A DNA stretch of 64,000 nucleotides from Halorutilales archaeon Cl-col2-1 (GTDB lineage Archaea > Halobacteriota > Halobacteria > Halobacteriales > Afararchaeaceae): assembly GCA_041891055.1 (NCBI GenBank), contig CP169074.1, positions 1,696,001 through 1,760,000 of the forward strand. Reading direction: 5' to 3'. This document shows positions 9,808 to 19,101 of the stretch, one piece after another. A program made the position numbers and the translations under genes. A model generated the notes under the pieces. That model was not told the origin of the DNA and did not search any database. It saw only the letters and a program-made list of their open reading frames with translations. Position 1 is the first letter of the stretch, and every line of letters begins with the position of its first letter.

Positions 9808-11437
9808 CTTCTACACCTCCGTCGGTCTCGACATTAGTTCCTGTATCGGCTCCTCCGTCGGGACTCGCCTGCGAGACGTTCGAGGGAGTCGGAGGCGTGT
9901 AGGGCATGCCGTCCCACTCGGGCGACGGCATCCTCTTGCGTTCTTCTTCCCAGGGCTCTTCGGTCTTCTCGCCGCTTCTGAGACTCATCAGAGCGTTGAC
10001 GACGAAGATGACCTGCCCGACCCCGAGAAGGAACGCCGCGACCGTCGTGAGTTCGTGGGTCGACTGGAGACTCGCGTGGTAGGTGTAGTCGGCGTATCTC
10101 CTTATCATGCCGTGTTCACCTAGCTTCGCGAGTCCGAGGAATGTGAGAGGCGCGAAGACGGCTGTGAAGTAGAAGTGCCATCTTCCGAGTCTCTCGTTGT
10201 ACATCCTGCCCGTCATCGCGGGGAACCAGTAGTAGACCGCCCCGAAGAATCCCATTATGACTCCTCCGAAGAGGGTGTAATGGAAATGCGAGACGACCCA
10301 GTAGCTCTCGTGGAAGAACTCGTCGAGCACGGGGCTTCCGAGCATTATTCCGTCGAGTCCCGAGAGTATCAGCATTATTCCCGCGCCTACGGAGAAGAGC
10401 ATCGGCGTCTTGAGACTGATGCTTCCTCCCCACATCGTCGCCATCCAGCTGAATATTAAAACCGCGAATCCGACCGTTATACTGAGGGTCGTGAGCATGA
10501 AGCCGTACTGGGCTCCGCCGAGTGACCCCGTCGTGTACATGTGGTGCGCCCAGACGAGTGCCGACATCGTCGTGATAAAGCCGAGTGCGGCGACGTACCA
10601 CTTGTATCCGTAGAGTGGTCTTCCCGAGAACCTCGGTATTATCTCACCTATCGATCCGAGGAACGGCAGTAGGACGAGATAGACCTCGGGATGTCCGAAG
10701 AGCCAGAAGAAGTGCTGGTAGAGTATCGGCGATCCACCGTTCGCGGGGTCGAAGAAGACGAAGCCGTACGTGGCTTCGAGGAATGTCATCGCCATCGCGA
10801 CTACGAGCGGAACCAGAGCCACGACGGCGAGTAACGCCTCGAACGCCATCGCCCAGATGAAGACGGGCATGTCGAAGAGACCCATCTCGGGGTCGCGCTC
10901 GTTGAGTATCGTTACGAGGAAGTTGACAGACCCGACGGTCGAGCTAGTTCCCGTGAGTACGATACCGAGGAACCAGAGCTTCCCTCCGAGCCCCATCCTG
11001 AGTGACAGCGGAGCGTACGTCGTCCAGCCTCCGTTGAATGGGAGGTCTGTGACTCCGAGGACGTATGTGACAGCTGTCACCCATATCAGGAAGGAGCCAC
11101 CCGCCATACACCAGTAACTTAGTGCGTTGGCACGCGGATAAGCCATCTCGTCGGCTCCGACCATCGGGGGTATGAAGTAGTTCCCGACGACCGCGACTGC
11201 CGACATCGCGACTATGAATATCATCGTGCCGCCGTGGAGTGTCACGAGCGAGTTGAACTCGACCTGCGAGAGGAACTGACCCGCCGACGGCGTCATGAGC
11301 TCAAGACGGAACGCGAGTGCCGCCGCCCCCGCGACTACGAGGAAGAAGACGGTGTGCCACAGGTACATTGCCCCGACGTCGGAGTGGTCCGTCGTGTAGA
11401 ACCACCTTTTTATCCCGCTGGGTTTATGCTGTCCCAT
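9800..11437 (-). CDS. coxA: Heme-copper oxidase subunit I, A1-type signature but divergent
   Basis: All six His ligands present (TLHG, GHPEVY, WAHHM, SHFHY); GWTTYAPL; GMIRRY. Confidence 0.93.
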   Translation of the reverse strand: MGQHKPSGIKRWFYTTDHSDVGAMYLWHTVFFLVVAGAAALAFRLELMTPSAGQFLSQVEFNSLVTLHGGTMIFIVAMSAVAVVGNYFIPPMVGADEMAYPRANALSYWCMAGGSFLIWVTAVTYVLGVTDLPFNGGWTTYAPLSLRMGLGGKLWFLGIVLTGTSSTVGSVNFLVTILNERDPEMGLFDMPVFIWAMAFEALLAVVALVPLVVAMAMTFLEATYGFVFFDPANGGSPILYQHFFWLFGHPEVYLVLLPFLGSIGEIIPRFSGRPLYGYKWYVAALGFITTMSALVWAHHMYTTGSLGGAQYGFMLTTLSITVGFAVLIFSWMATMWGGSISLKTPMLFSVGAGIMLILSGLDGIMLGSPVLDEFFHESYWVVSHFHYTLFGGVIMGFFGAVYYWFPAMTGRMYNERLGRWHFYFTAVFAPLTFLGLAKLGEHGMIRRYADYTYHASLQSTHELTTVAAFLLGVGQVIFVVNALMSLRSGEKTEEPWEEERKRMPSPEWDGMPYTPPTPSNVSQASPDGGADTGTNVETDGGVEDE

Positions 11438-11563
11438 GATACACCCCCTCGCTCAAACGTTTAGCGTAGCTATTCATCCCACCATATGCGTGTATCTTAC
11501 AGTCCATTCTCTGCCAACCGATGATTGTCTATTAAGAGAACAAAAGTCCTTCGTTTCAAACTG

Positions 11564-11884
11564 TTATGTCCTAGACCTAACCGCGATATATCCCACGGCT
11601 CCGAAGATCACGGCTATCACGAACTTGATCGAGAAGAGCATCATCGGAAGCGAGTAAGATGGAAGACTTCCTATAACGAATCCTGCTGGTGTTCCTATCC
11701 AGAGACCGAGGAAGACGCCGACAGCGGTTCCTATTATCCTTTTCTCCCTCGTAGTCGGAGAACCCCCCGACCGTCTCCAGACAGTCCCCTCACCGCCACA
11801 TACGAGACAGCTGTCGGATCGCAGGAACTCACCCACTCCGCCACAGGCGGGACATTCCCTCCTCTCCTCGTCGCGGTCTGCCAT
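11564..11884 (-). CDS. Small membrane protein with a DnaJ-type CXXCXGXG zinc finger
   Basis: CPACGGVG and CLVCGGEG followed by two hydrophobic helices. Confidence 0.65.
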   Translation of the reverse strand: MADRDEERRECPACGGVGEFLRSDSCLVCGGEGTVWRRSGGSPTTREKRIIGTAVGVFLGLWIGTPAGFVIGSLPSYSLPMMLFSIKFVIAVIFGAVGYIAVRSRT

Positions 11885-11945
11885 GCCAGAGATTTCGTCT
11901 CGAAGATTAAAACTGTGTTGAGCTATCTCTACCCCGTCTACACTA

Positions 11946-13088
11946 CTACTGAAGAACCTGCTCGGCTATCGTGTTTCTCTGTATCTCGCTCGTTCCCTCG
12001 TATATCTCGTTTATGCGTGCGTCCCTGTAGTAGCGTTCTATTGGCTTCTCGTCTATGTAGCCGTATCCTCCGTGGAGCTGGACAGCCTCGTTGGTGACCT
12101 CACGTGAGACCTCCGAGGCATAGAGCTTCGCCCTCGAAGACGCGAGTATGAGGTTTCCGTTTCCTCTCTCCTTTATGTCCGCCGCCTTGTGTGTGATGAG
12201 ACGTGCGTTCTCTGTCTTGACGTCCATGTCGGCAATCTTGTGCTGTATAGCCTGCATGCCCGAAAGAGGTCCTCCGAACTGCTCCCTCTCCTGGACGTAG
12301 TCTATCGAGGCGTCGAGTGCCGCCTGTGCGATTCCGACCGAACGCGCGGCTATCGAGACACGTCCGCTGTTGAGAGATATGAGAGCCTGCTTGAGACCCG
12401 CACCCTCTTCGCCTATCATGTTCTCCTCGGGAACACGTAGACCGTCTATGTTGACCTCCGAGACGGGGTTTCCGTGGTCTCCGAGCTTGTCGAAGACCTT
12501 CATTATCTCGAACGAGTCGTTGTCCTCTATGTCGGCGACGAAGGCGGATATTCCGCGTCCTCCAGCGTCGGGGTCGGTCTTGGCGAATATGATCGCAGTG
12601 CCCGCGACTGCGCCGTTAGAGGTCCACATCTTCTCTCCGTCTATGACGTACTCGTCGCCGTCCTTCTCGGCGGTCGTCGTCATCTTAGAGACGTCGCTTC
12701 CCGCTCCCCTCTCCGAGAGACAGAACGCTCCTATCTTCTCTCCCTTGACGAGAGGCGGCATCCACTCGTCCTTCTGTTCCTCTGTTCCGAACCTGTCTAT
12801 GACGTTTATGGGAAGTCCGTGTGCGGCGACGACTGTGCCGAGACCTCCGCTCGCCCTCGCTATCTCCTCTATGGTGTAAGCGTAACAGTGGTAATCCATC
12901 CCGGGTCCACCGTACTCCTCGCCGTAGGGAACCCCGAAGTATCCCTTGTCAGCGATCTTCTCGGCGACGTCATGGGGGAACTCGTCCTCCTTGTCTATTC
13001 GGTCTCCTTCGGGTGCGACTTCCTCGTCGACGAACTCTCTGACCTCTTCTCTCCAGGCTTCCTGCTCGTCTGTTGGCTCGAAGTTCAT
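11946..13088 (-). CDS. Acyl-CoA dehydrogenase
   Basis: FCLSERGAGSD, GEKMWTSNG, REQFG, QLHGGYGY, IYEGTSEIQR. Confidence 0.95.
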   Translation of the reverse strand: MNFEPTDEQEAWREEVREFVDEEVAPEGDRIDKEDEFPHDVAEKIADKGYFGVPYGEEYGGPGMDYHCYAYTIEEIARASGGLGTVVAAHGLPINVIDRFGTEEQKDEWMPPLVKGEKIGAFCLSERGAGSDVSKMTTTAEKDGDEYVIDGEKMWTSNGAVAGTAIIFAKTDPDAGGRGISAFVADIEDNDSFEIMKVFDKLGDHGNPVSEVNIDGLRVPEENMIGEEGAGLKQALISLNSGRVSIAARSVGIAQAALDASIDYVQEREQFGGPLSGMQAIQHKIADMDVKTENARLITHKAADIKERGNGNLILASSRAKLYASEVSREVTNEAVQLHGGYGYIDEKPIERYYRDARINEIYEGTSEIQRNTIAEQVLQ

Positions 13089-13183
13089 ACTTCGAAATCC
13101 GTTCGTCGCACGTTAAATCTTCCGAACTATCCTTGTTTAACATGGAGGTTAGAACGCGAAGGACGACTCCGACAACGAATAGA

Positions 13184-14023
13184 TCAGTCGAGACTTATCT
13201 CGACGCCGTAGATATCCTCGGGCGTCTCGACGTTCGCCTCGTACATGACCTCCTCGTGGTCGTCGATCAGAGAGCGTACACGCCGCGGTACGGTACGTAG
13301 TCCGAGGACTGCACCCGGACGGTCGGGGTCGTCTATGTAGTCGGTCTCCATCATGAACCTATCCTCCCTTTCCTCGACTGCCTGTCTTATCTGATCCTCC
13401 TTCGCCAAGACCGACGGTACCGGACCTTCGAGATCGGGTGGAGCGAAATGTTTGACGACCCTATCGGGGTTCATTCCGACCGACTCAGCCGTATCCGTAA
13501 TCTCCTCTAACTGGCTCGCTCCTTCTGTGTGAAGCTGTACAGCACAGCCGACCTCGCCTCCGAGCCTGAAGGCGTGTTCCATCACGTTGTTCGACGCCTC
13601 CCATATCTCGTCGGAGACTTCGTAATGGGGTCGCCCTGACTTGAGAGCGACCGCCTCGCCTTCCTCGACGTACTCGGCGGCGACTTCGAGACCCTCCTTC
13701 ATTATCTCCTCCGCCTCGTCGACCGACTTACCCCACTCAACGAGGTTCGTTATCAGACCCGGATGGACACCTAAGACGGGAAAGACGTCGGTCACGAACT
13801 CGCGGGCGTCTTCGGCAGTCGAGAGGCTGTAATCGAAGACATCGCGGAAGTCGTCGCCCGACGACGCCTGTATACCGTATCCCCAAGACGGCTTGTTGAC
13901 CATACACAGATGTGTCCCGCCGCTTCTCTCGAACTTCTTGACCGCATCTATTCCTTCGCCCTTCTTCGGGTCACAGTGCATATGGTTGTCGAGAACCGGA
14001 ATCGGGAGGTCTGGCTCCGACAT
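13184..14023 (-). CDS. TatD-related metal-dependent hydrolase (archaeal type)
   Basis: DNHMH, LGVHP, SGRPHY, QLHTE, KHF, METDYIDDPDRPGAVLG; start ATG 14023. Confidence 0.88.
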   Translation of the reverse strand: MSEPDLPIPVLDNHMHCDPKKGEGIDAVKKFERSGGTHLCMVNKPSWGYGIQASSGDDFRDVFDYSLSTAEDAREFVTDVFPVLGVHPGLITNLVEWGKSVDEAEEIMKEGLEVAAEYVEEGEAVALKSGRPHYEVSDEIWEASNNVMEHAFRLGGEVGCAVQLHTEGASQLEEITDTAESVGMNPDRVVKHFAPPDLEGPVPSVLAKEDQIRQAVEEREDRFMMETDYIDDPDRPGAVLGLRTVPRRVRSLIDDHEEVMYEANVETPEDIYGVEISLD

Positions 14024-14024
14024 C

Positions 14025-15539
14025 TCAGACACCTCGGCTCTCTTCGTCGCCGAGTGCGAGCGACGCGAGGAACGCCTGAAGCTGTATCTCTTCGTCGGCG
14101 CCTCTCGACACTCGGTAGTCGACCTCACCTATCCTGTCCATCAGACGTACCTTGACCCCATCGTCTATATCGAGGTCGAGAACCGAGCGATGGATCTGGT
14201 CTATGAGGTCGTCGCCTCCGATCCCTCTTCCCTTTATGAGTTCCTCCATCTCGTCTCTCGCGTCTCCGAAGTTACCCTCGACTGCTGTCGTGAGTATGGT
14301 CTCGACCTCCTCGGGTCTCGCGGTCGATGTCGTAGAGAAGACTGCGTCCTCGTCGACTGTCTCCCCTAGCGAAGACGCCGCTTGCAGGGCGTTGACTGCG
14401 CGTCTCATGTCGCCCTGTGAGACGAATCCGAGTGCGTCCAATCCGTCGTCGGTGACATCGACGCCCTCCTTGTCAGCGATGTAAGACATCCTCTCCGCGA
14501 CGGCGTCGTCGTCGAGGGGCGAGAACCTGAAGACAGCACATCTAGACTGTATGGGATCTATTATATTCGACGAGTAGTTACACGAGAGTATGAAACGGCA
14601 CGTGTTGGTGTACATCTCCATCGTACGACGGAGTGCGGGCTGAGCGTCGCTCGTGTTATGAGTGAGTATTCCGTTCCCGAGCATGAAGTTGGGAGTGCCC
14701 TCCATCGTGATGTTGTATGCTTTTCCACGGTGGCTGTACTCTATGCTCGTGACCTCGGCTGTCTCGACCTCTCTGAGACCGCCGTCGAGGGCTGCGGGCT
14801 GACGTCTTCTTTCAGTCTCTGACACACCTACATCGTCTCTGAAGTCGGCAATCTCGTCTCCGACTTCGAGCTCCCTTAGCTCCTTCTCCACGAGTCTACC
14901 GTCGTCTCCAACGGTGAAGAAGGGATGTTCGCGACTCGCCGTCACCGTCCTTCCGTCTTCTAACTCGATCTCGAAGAAGTCGGCTACGCCCGAGTCTATG
15001 AGCCTTCCCGAGTCCGACTGTATCTCGTTAGTCTCGAAATCGACCGACGGAATCGGTTCGCCGTCCTCGTCAACTTCTTCTATTGCCTTGACCTCGGGTG
15101 ACGACGGATATCCTGTCACGACCTCTGTACCGGGAGGTACACAGAGCGAGTCCGCCTCGTCGAGGAATATTATCTTGTAGTCGGCGTCTCCGACGGGGGA
15201 GGTGCGTGCGAAGTTCTTTATCTTCTCCCTCACGACGTCTATTCCTCTCTCGTCGCTCGCGTTTAGCTCAGTGAAGTTGTCGCGCCACGAGTCGCCGTAG
15301 AGGTCGTGGACGAGTGCGTGTGCCGACGTCGTCTTTCCTATACCTGCTTGACCTGAGAACAGAAGGTTTGGAACGTTTCCGGTCTCGACGTACGACTTGA
15401 GTCTCTCTGTTATATCGTCCTGTCCGACTATGTCGTCGAGGGTGCGCGGACGGTACTTCTCGACCCAGAGATCACCGCGCTGAACGTTTTCCTCTCGTGT
15501 GTCTCCTCCGTCTCCTTCGTCTGTATCATCCACGTCCAT
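14025..15539 (-). CDS. rfcS: Replication factor C small subunit (intein-containing)
   Basis: WVEKYRP, GQAGIGKTT, ELNASDERGID, FLDEADSL, IQSRC, GDMRRAVN; start ATG 15539. Confidence 0.95.
   Translation of the reverse strand: MDVDDTDEGDGGDTREENVQRGDLWVEKYRPRTLDDIVGQDDITERLKSYVETGNVPNLLFSGQAGIGKTTSAHALVHDLYGDSWRDNFTELNASDERGIDVVREKIKNFARTSPVGDADYKIIFLDEADSLCVPPGTEVVTGYPSSPEVKAIEEVDEDGEPIPSVDFETNEIQSDSGRLIDSGVADFFEIELEDGRTVTASREHPFFTVGDDGRLVEKELRELEVGDEIADFRDDVGVSETERRRQPAALDGGLREVETAEVTSIEYSHRGKAYNITMEGTPNFMLGNGILTHNTSDAQPALRRTMEMYTNTCRFILSCNYSSNIIDPIQSRCAVFRFSPLDDDAVAERMSYIADKEGVDVTDDGLDALGFVSQGDMRRAVNALQAASSLGETVDEDAVFSTTSTARPEEVETILTTAVEGNFGDARDEMEELIKGRGIGGDDLIDQIHRSVLDLDIDDGVKVRLMDRIGEVDYRVSRGADEEIQLQAFLASLALGDEESRGV
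14655..15143 (-). mobile_element. Mini-intein (163 aa, no homing endonuclease) in RFC small subunit
   Basis: Begins CVPPGT after DEADSL; block B TASREHPF; ends ILTHN followed by T; removing it restores DEADSL-TSDAQPALRR. Confidence 0.93.
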
Positions 15540-15567
15540 TCTTAGAAGAGATAAGTCGGCGTCGCCA

Positions 15568-15849
15568 TTAACTCTGTCTGTCGGGAGGTGCAGTCGACTC
15601 AAGCATCTCGACGAGATGTTCGAGTGTGACCTCCTCAACGCCTATGTCTATGTCGAGAGATCGGAACCAGTCCTCCGTGTATTCGGCACCGTGCTGTGTG
15701 AGACAGTACCCCATCTCGCCGTCTAACTTAACCGTCGTGACGAAGCCCTGGTTGAGAAGGCTGTCGAGTATATGGTCGAGATCCTCCTGTTCGACTTCGA
15801 GCTCCTCAAGCAGACTCGTATACTTGACACACGCTATCTTGTCCGCCAC
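15568..15849 (-). CDS. Small winged-helix-like protein
   Basis: LDHILDSLLNQGFV...YCLTQHG resembles a wHTH wing; acidic composition typical of this genome. Confidence 0.55.
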   Translation of the reverse strand: MADKIACVKYTSLLEELEVEQEDLDHILDSLLNQGFVTTVKLDGEMGYCLTQHGAEYTEDWFRSLDIDIGVEEVTLEHLVEMLESTAPPDRQS

Positions 15850-15968
15850 TACCGAAGCAAAACGAGAACAGTATTTAATTATTGTGGATTTGCACGCGAG
15901 AGAAGTCGTGCTCTCTCGGGGTTTTGTCCTAACGGTATTCTCTTAAACCTCCGAGAGAGTCTAAGAGT

Positions 15969-18900
15969 ATGAGCATGGATATCGACGAGGTCAGCGACCA
16001 GTACGATCCTCACGAGGTCGAGCCCGAGGTCAAGGAGTACTGGGACCGCGAGGACGCCTACGAGCACACGAAGGAGGTACACGAGGACGATCCCGACTAC
16101 TTCTTCGTCGACGGACCGCCCTACACGAGCGGTCAGATGCATCTCGGAACCGCGTGGAACAAGACGCTCAAGGACGCCGTTATACGTTACCTCAGGATGC
16201 GGGGTCACAACGTCACCGACCGTCCGGGGTACGACATGCACGGTCTTCCGATAGAGGTCAAGGTCGAGGAGGAGCTTGGCTTCGAGAACAAGAGTGACAT
16301 AGAGGAGTTCGGGGTCGAGAACTTCATAGACGAGTGCAAGGAGTTCGCCGAGTCGAACCTCGACGTGATGAACGACGACTTCGAGTCGCTCGGGGTCTGG
16401 ATGGACTGGGACGACCCCTACAGAACCGTCTCGAACGAGTACATGGAGGCGGCGTGGTGGGGCTTCAAGAAGGCACACGACCGGGATCTCGTCGAACAGG
16501 GCAAGAGGGTCATAAACCAGTGCCCGAGGTGTGAGACTGCGATCGCCGACGCCGAGGTCGAGTACGACGAGATAGAGTCACCCTCTATATACGTCAAGTT
16601 CCCCGTCAAGGGCGAGGACGCCTACCTCGTAATCTGGACGACGACACCCTGGACTATACCCGCTAACATCTACGTCGGTGTCGACCCCGAGACTGAGTAC
16701 GCCAAGGTCAGAGCCGAAAAGAACGGCGAGACAGACGTACTCTACGTAGCCGAGGATCTCGTCGAGGACGTCCTGCGTAAGGGAAGATACGACGACTACG
16801 AGGTTGTCGAGACTCTCGACGCCGACGAACTCGAAGGCAAGGAGTACACACATCCCTTGGAGGATGAGGTTCCAAAACAGAGGGAGTTCGACGGTGACGA
16901 GGACGTACACCGTGTCTACGCCGCCGACTTCGTGACTTCCGAACGCACCGGACTCGTCCACGCCGCGCCGGGACACGGTCTCGACGACTTCGAGTTCGGG
17001 AGCCAACACGACCTTCCAGTCTTCTCTCCCGTCGGCGGCGACGGAGTCTACACAGAAGACGCAGGCGAGTACGCCGGAGAGTTCGTGAGGGACGCCAACG
17101 ACGACGTCATCGAAGACCTCGACTCGAAGGGTCTACTTCTCTCTTCGGGGAGCCACGAACACCGTTACGGACACTGCTGGCGGTGTGACACTCCCATAAT
17201 ATTCATAGCGACCGACCAGTGGTTCATCACTGTCACCGACATAAAGGACGACCTCCTCGACGAGATAGACAAGAGCGACTGGTACCCCGACTGGGCACGT
17301 GACTCACGTTTCAGGGACTGGGTCGAGAACGCACGTGACTGGAACGTCTCACGACAGCGTTACTGGGGAATACCAATACCCATCTGGATCTGTGACGAGG
17401 GTCACGAGACGTGTATAGGGACGAGAGACGAACTGAGACAGAAGGCACTCGACGACGTCGACGAGGTAGACCTCCACCGTCCGGGTGTCGACCCGATACG
17501 TGTCGAGTGTGACGTCTGTGGCTCCGAGGCGGAGAGGGTAGAGGACATATTCGACGTCTGGCTCGACTCTTCGGTGGCGTCGTGGGGAACACTCGGCTAC
17601 CCCTCGAACGACGAGGAGTTCGAGAGGCTCTGGCCTGCCGACCTCATAATCGAGGCACACGACCAGACACGTGGCTGGTTCTGGTCGCAGCTAGGAATGG
17701 GTGTCTCCGCGCTCGACCAGATACCCTACGAGAAGGTTCTGATGCACGGACACGCTCTCGACGAGGACGGTCTCAAGATGTCGAAGTCACGAGGCAACAT
17801 AGTCACTCCTCAGGAGGCTATCGAGAGGTACGGAGTCGACCCTCTACGCACCTTCCTACTGTCGCACAACCAGAAGGGCGAGGACATGAGGTTCTCGTGG
17901 GACGAGCTAGAGGAGACCCAGAGGAAGCTCAACGTCTTCTGGAACACCTACCGTTTCCCTCTGCCCTACATGGATCTCGACGACTTCGATCCCAATGAGA
18001 CGACTGTCGAGGACGTCGAACTCACCAAGACCGACGAGTGGGTTCTGTCACGTCTCGAAACCGTGAAGTCGGAGTTCTCCGACGAGATGGAGGAGTTCGA
18101 GATACACAAGGCTCTCAACGAGTTAATCGAGTTCATCACGGACGACGTCTCGCGGTTCTACATACAGGTCGTCCGTCCGAGGATGTGGGAGGAGGAGGAC
18201 TCCGATGACAAACTCGCGGCTTACGCCACCCTCTACAGGGTTCTCGACGAGTCAGTACGTATGATCGCTCCGTTCGCTCCCCATATCGCTGAGAGGATGT
18301 ACGACAACCTCGGAGACGCCAAGACGGTACACGCACTCGACTGGCCCAGTCAGGACGAAAAGTACAGGGACGAGAAGTTAGAACAGCGCATAGACGTCCT
18401 CAGGGAGATAGAGGAGACTGCGGCGAACGCGAGACAGAAGGCGGGCAGAAAGCTGAGATGGCCTGTCAAGCGTATAGTAGTCGACACAGACGACGAGACC
18501 GTGAGAGACGCCGTCGAGGCTCTCGAAGACCTGCTTCTCAACCGCACTAACTCTAAGTCGGTCGAGGTCGTAGACGGCTGGGACGAACTCGTGAGACGTG
18601 CGAAGCCGAGGATGGACGTCTTAGGACCCGAGTACGGCTCTCTCGCGGGAGAGATAGGAGAGGAGATACGGGGTACGACTAAGGAGGATCTTTCCGACGA
18701 GATCGAGGTCAACGGCGAGACTGTCGAGATCACCGACGAGGTCGTCGAGTACGTAGACGAAACTCCCGAAAACGTCGGAGGTGCTGAGTTCGGCGCGGGA
18801 GACGTCTACGTCGATGCCACACTTGACGACGAGATAGAGTCAGAGGGGTATTCGAGAGAGGTAGTGAGGCGTATACAGGAGATGAGGAAGGAACTCGAAC

Positions 18901-19094
18901 TAGATGTCGAGAAGCCTATAAAGGTAGACCTCGAAATCCGGAATGATAGAGTTGAGAGTCTCGTCGACTACGGCTTCGTCGCCGACGAGACACGTGCAGA
19001 CGAGTTCACAAGCCTCGGATCGCCCGACCTCTCGGAGACGTGGGACGTCGAGGGAGTCGAGATTGAGATCGGTGTCAGCGTCGTGACTGAGTAA
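15969..19094 (+). CDS. ileS: Isoleucine--tRNA ligase
   Basis: DGPPYTSGQMHLG, WTTTPWT, DWNVSRQRYWG, DQTRGWF, KMSKS. Confidence 0.97.
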   Translation: MSMDIDEVSDQYDPHEVEPEVKEYWDREDAYEHTKEVHEDDPDYFFVDGPPYTSGQMHLGTAWNKTLKDAVIRYLRMRGHNVTDRPGYDMHGLPIEVKVEEELGFENKSDIEEFGVENFIDECKEFAESNLDVMNDDFESLGVWMDWDDPYRTVSNEYMEAAWWGFKKAHDRDLVEQGKRVINQCPRCETAIADAEVEYDEIESPSIYVKFPVKGEDAYLVIWTTTPWTIPANIYVGVDPETEYAKVRAEKNGETDVLYVAEDLVEDVLRKGRYDDYEVVETLDADELEGKEYTHPLEDEVPKQREFDGDEDVHRVYAADFVTSERTGLVHAAPGHGLDDFEFGSQHDLPVFSPVGGDGVYTEDAGEYAGEFVRDANDDVIEDLDSKGLLLSSGSHEHRYGHCWRCDTPIIFIATDQWFITVTDIKDDLLDEIDKSDWYPDWARDSRFRDWVENARDWNVSRQRYWGIPIPIWICDEGHETCIGTRDELRQKALDDVDEVDLHRPGVDPIRVECDVCGSEAERVEDIFDVWLDSSVASWGTLGYPSNDEEFERLWPADLIIEAHDQTRGWFWSQLGMGVSALDQIPYEKVLMHGHALDEDGLKMSKSRGNIVTPQEAIERYGVDPLRTFLLSHNQKGEDMRFSWDELEETQRKLNVFWNTYRFPLPYMDLDDFDPNETTVEDVELTKTDEWVLSRLETVKSEFSDEMEEFEIHKALNELIEFITDDVSRFYIQVVRPRMWEEEDSDDKLAAYATLYRVLDESVRMIAPFAPHIAERMYDNLGDAKTVHALDWPSQDEKYRDEKLEQRIDVLREIEETAANARQKAGRKLRWPVKRIVVDTDDETVRDAVEALEDLLLNRTNSKSVEVVDGWDELVRRAKPRMDVLGPEYGSLAGEIGEEIRGTTKEDLSDEIEVNGETVEITDEVVEYVDETPENVGGAEFGAGDVYVDATLDDEIESEGYSREVVRRIQEMRKELELDVEKPIKVDLEIRNDRVESLVDYGFVADETRADEFTSLGSPDLSETWDVEGVEIEIGVSVVTE

Positions 19095-19101
19095 AGTACA
19101 T

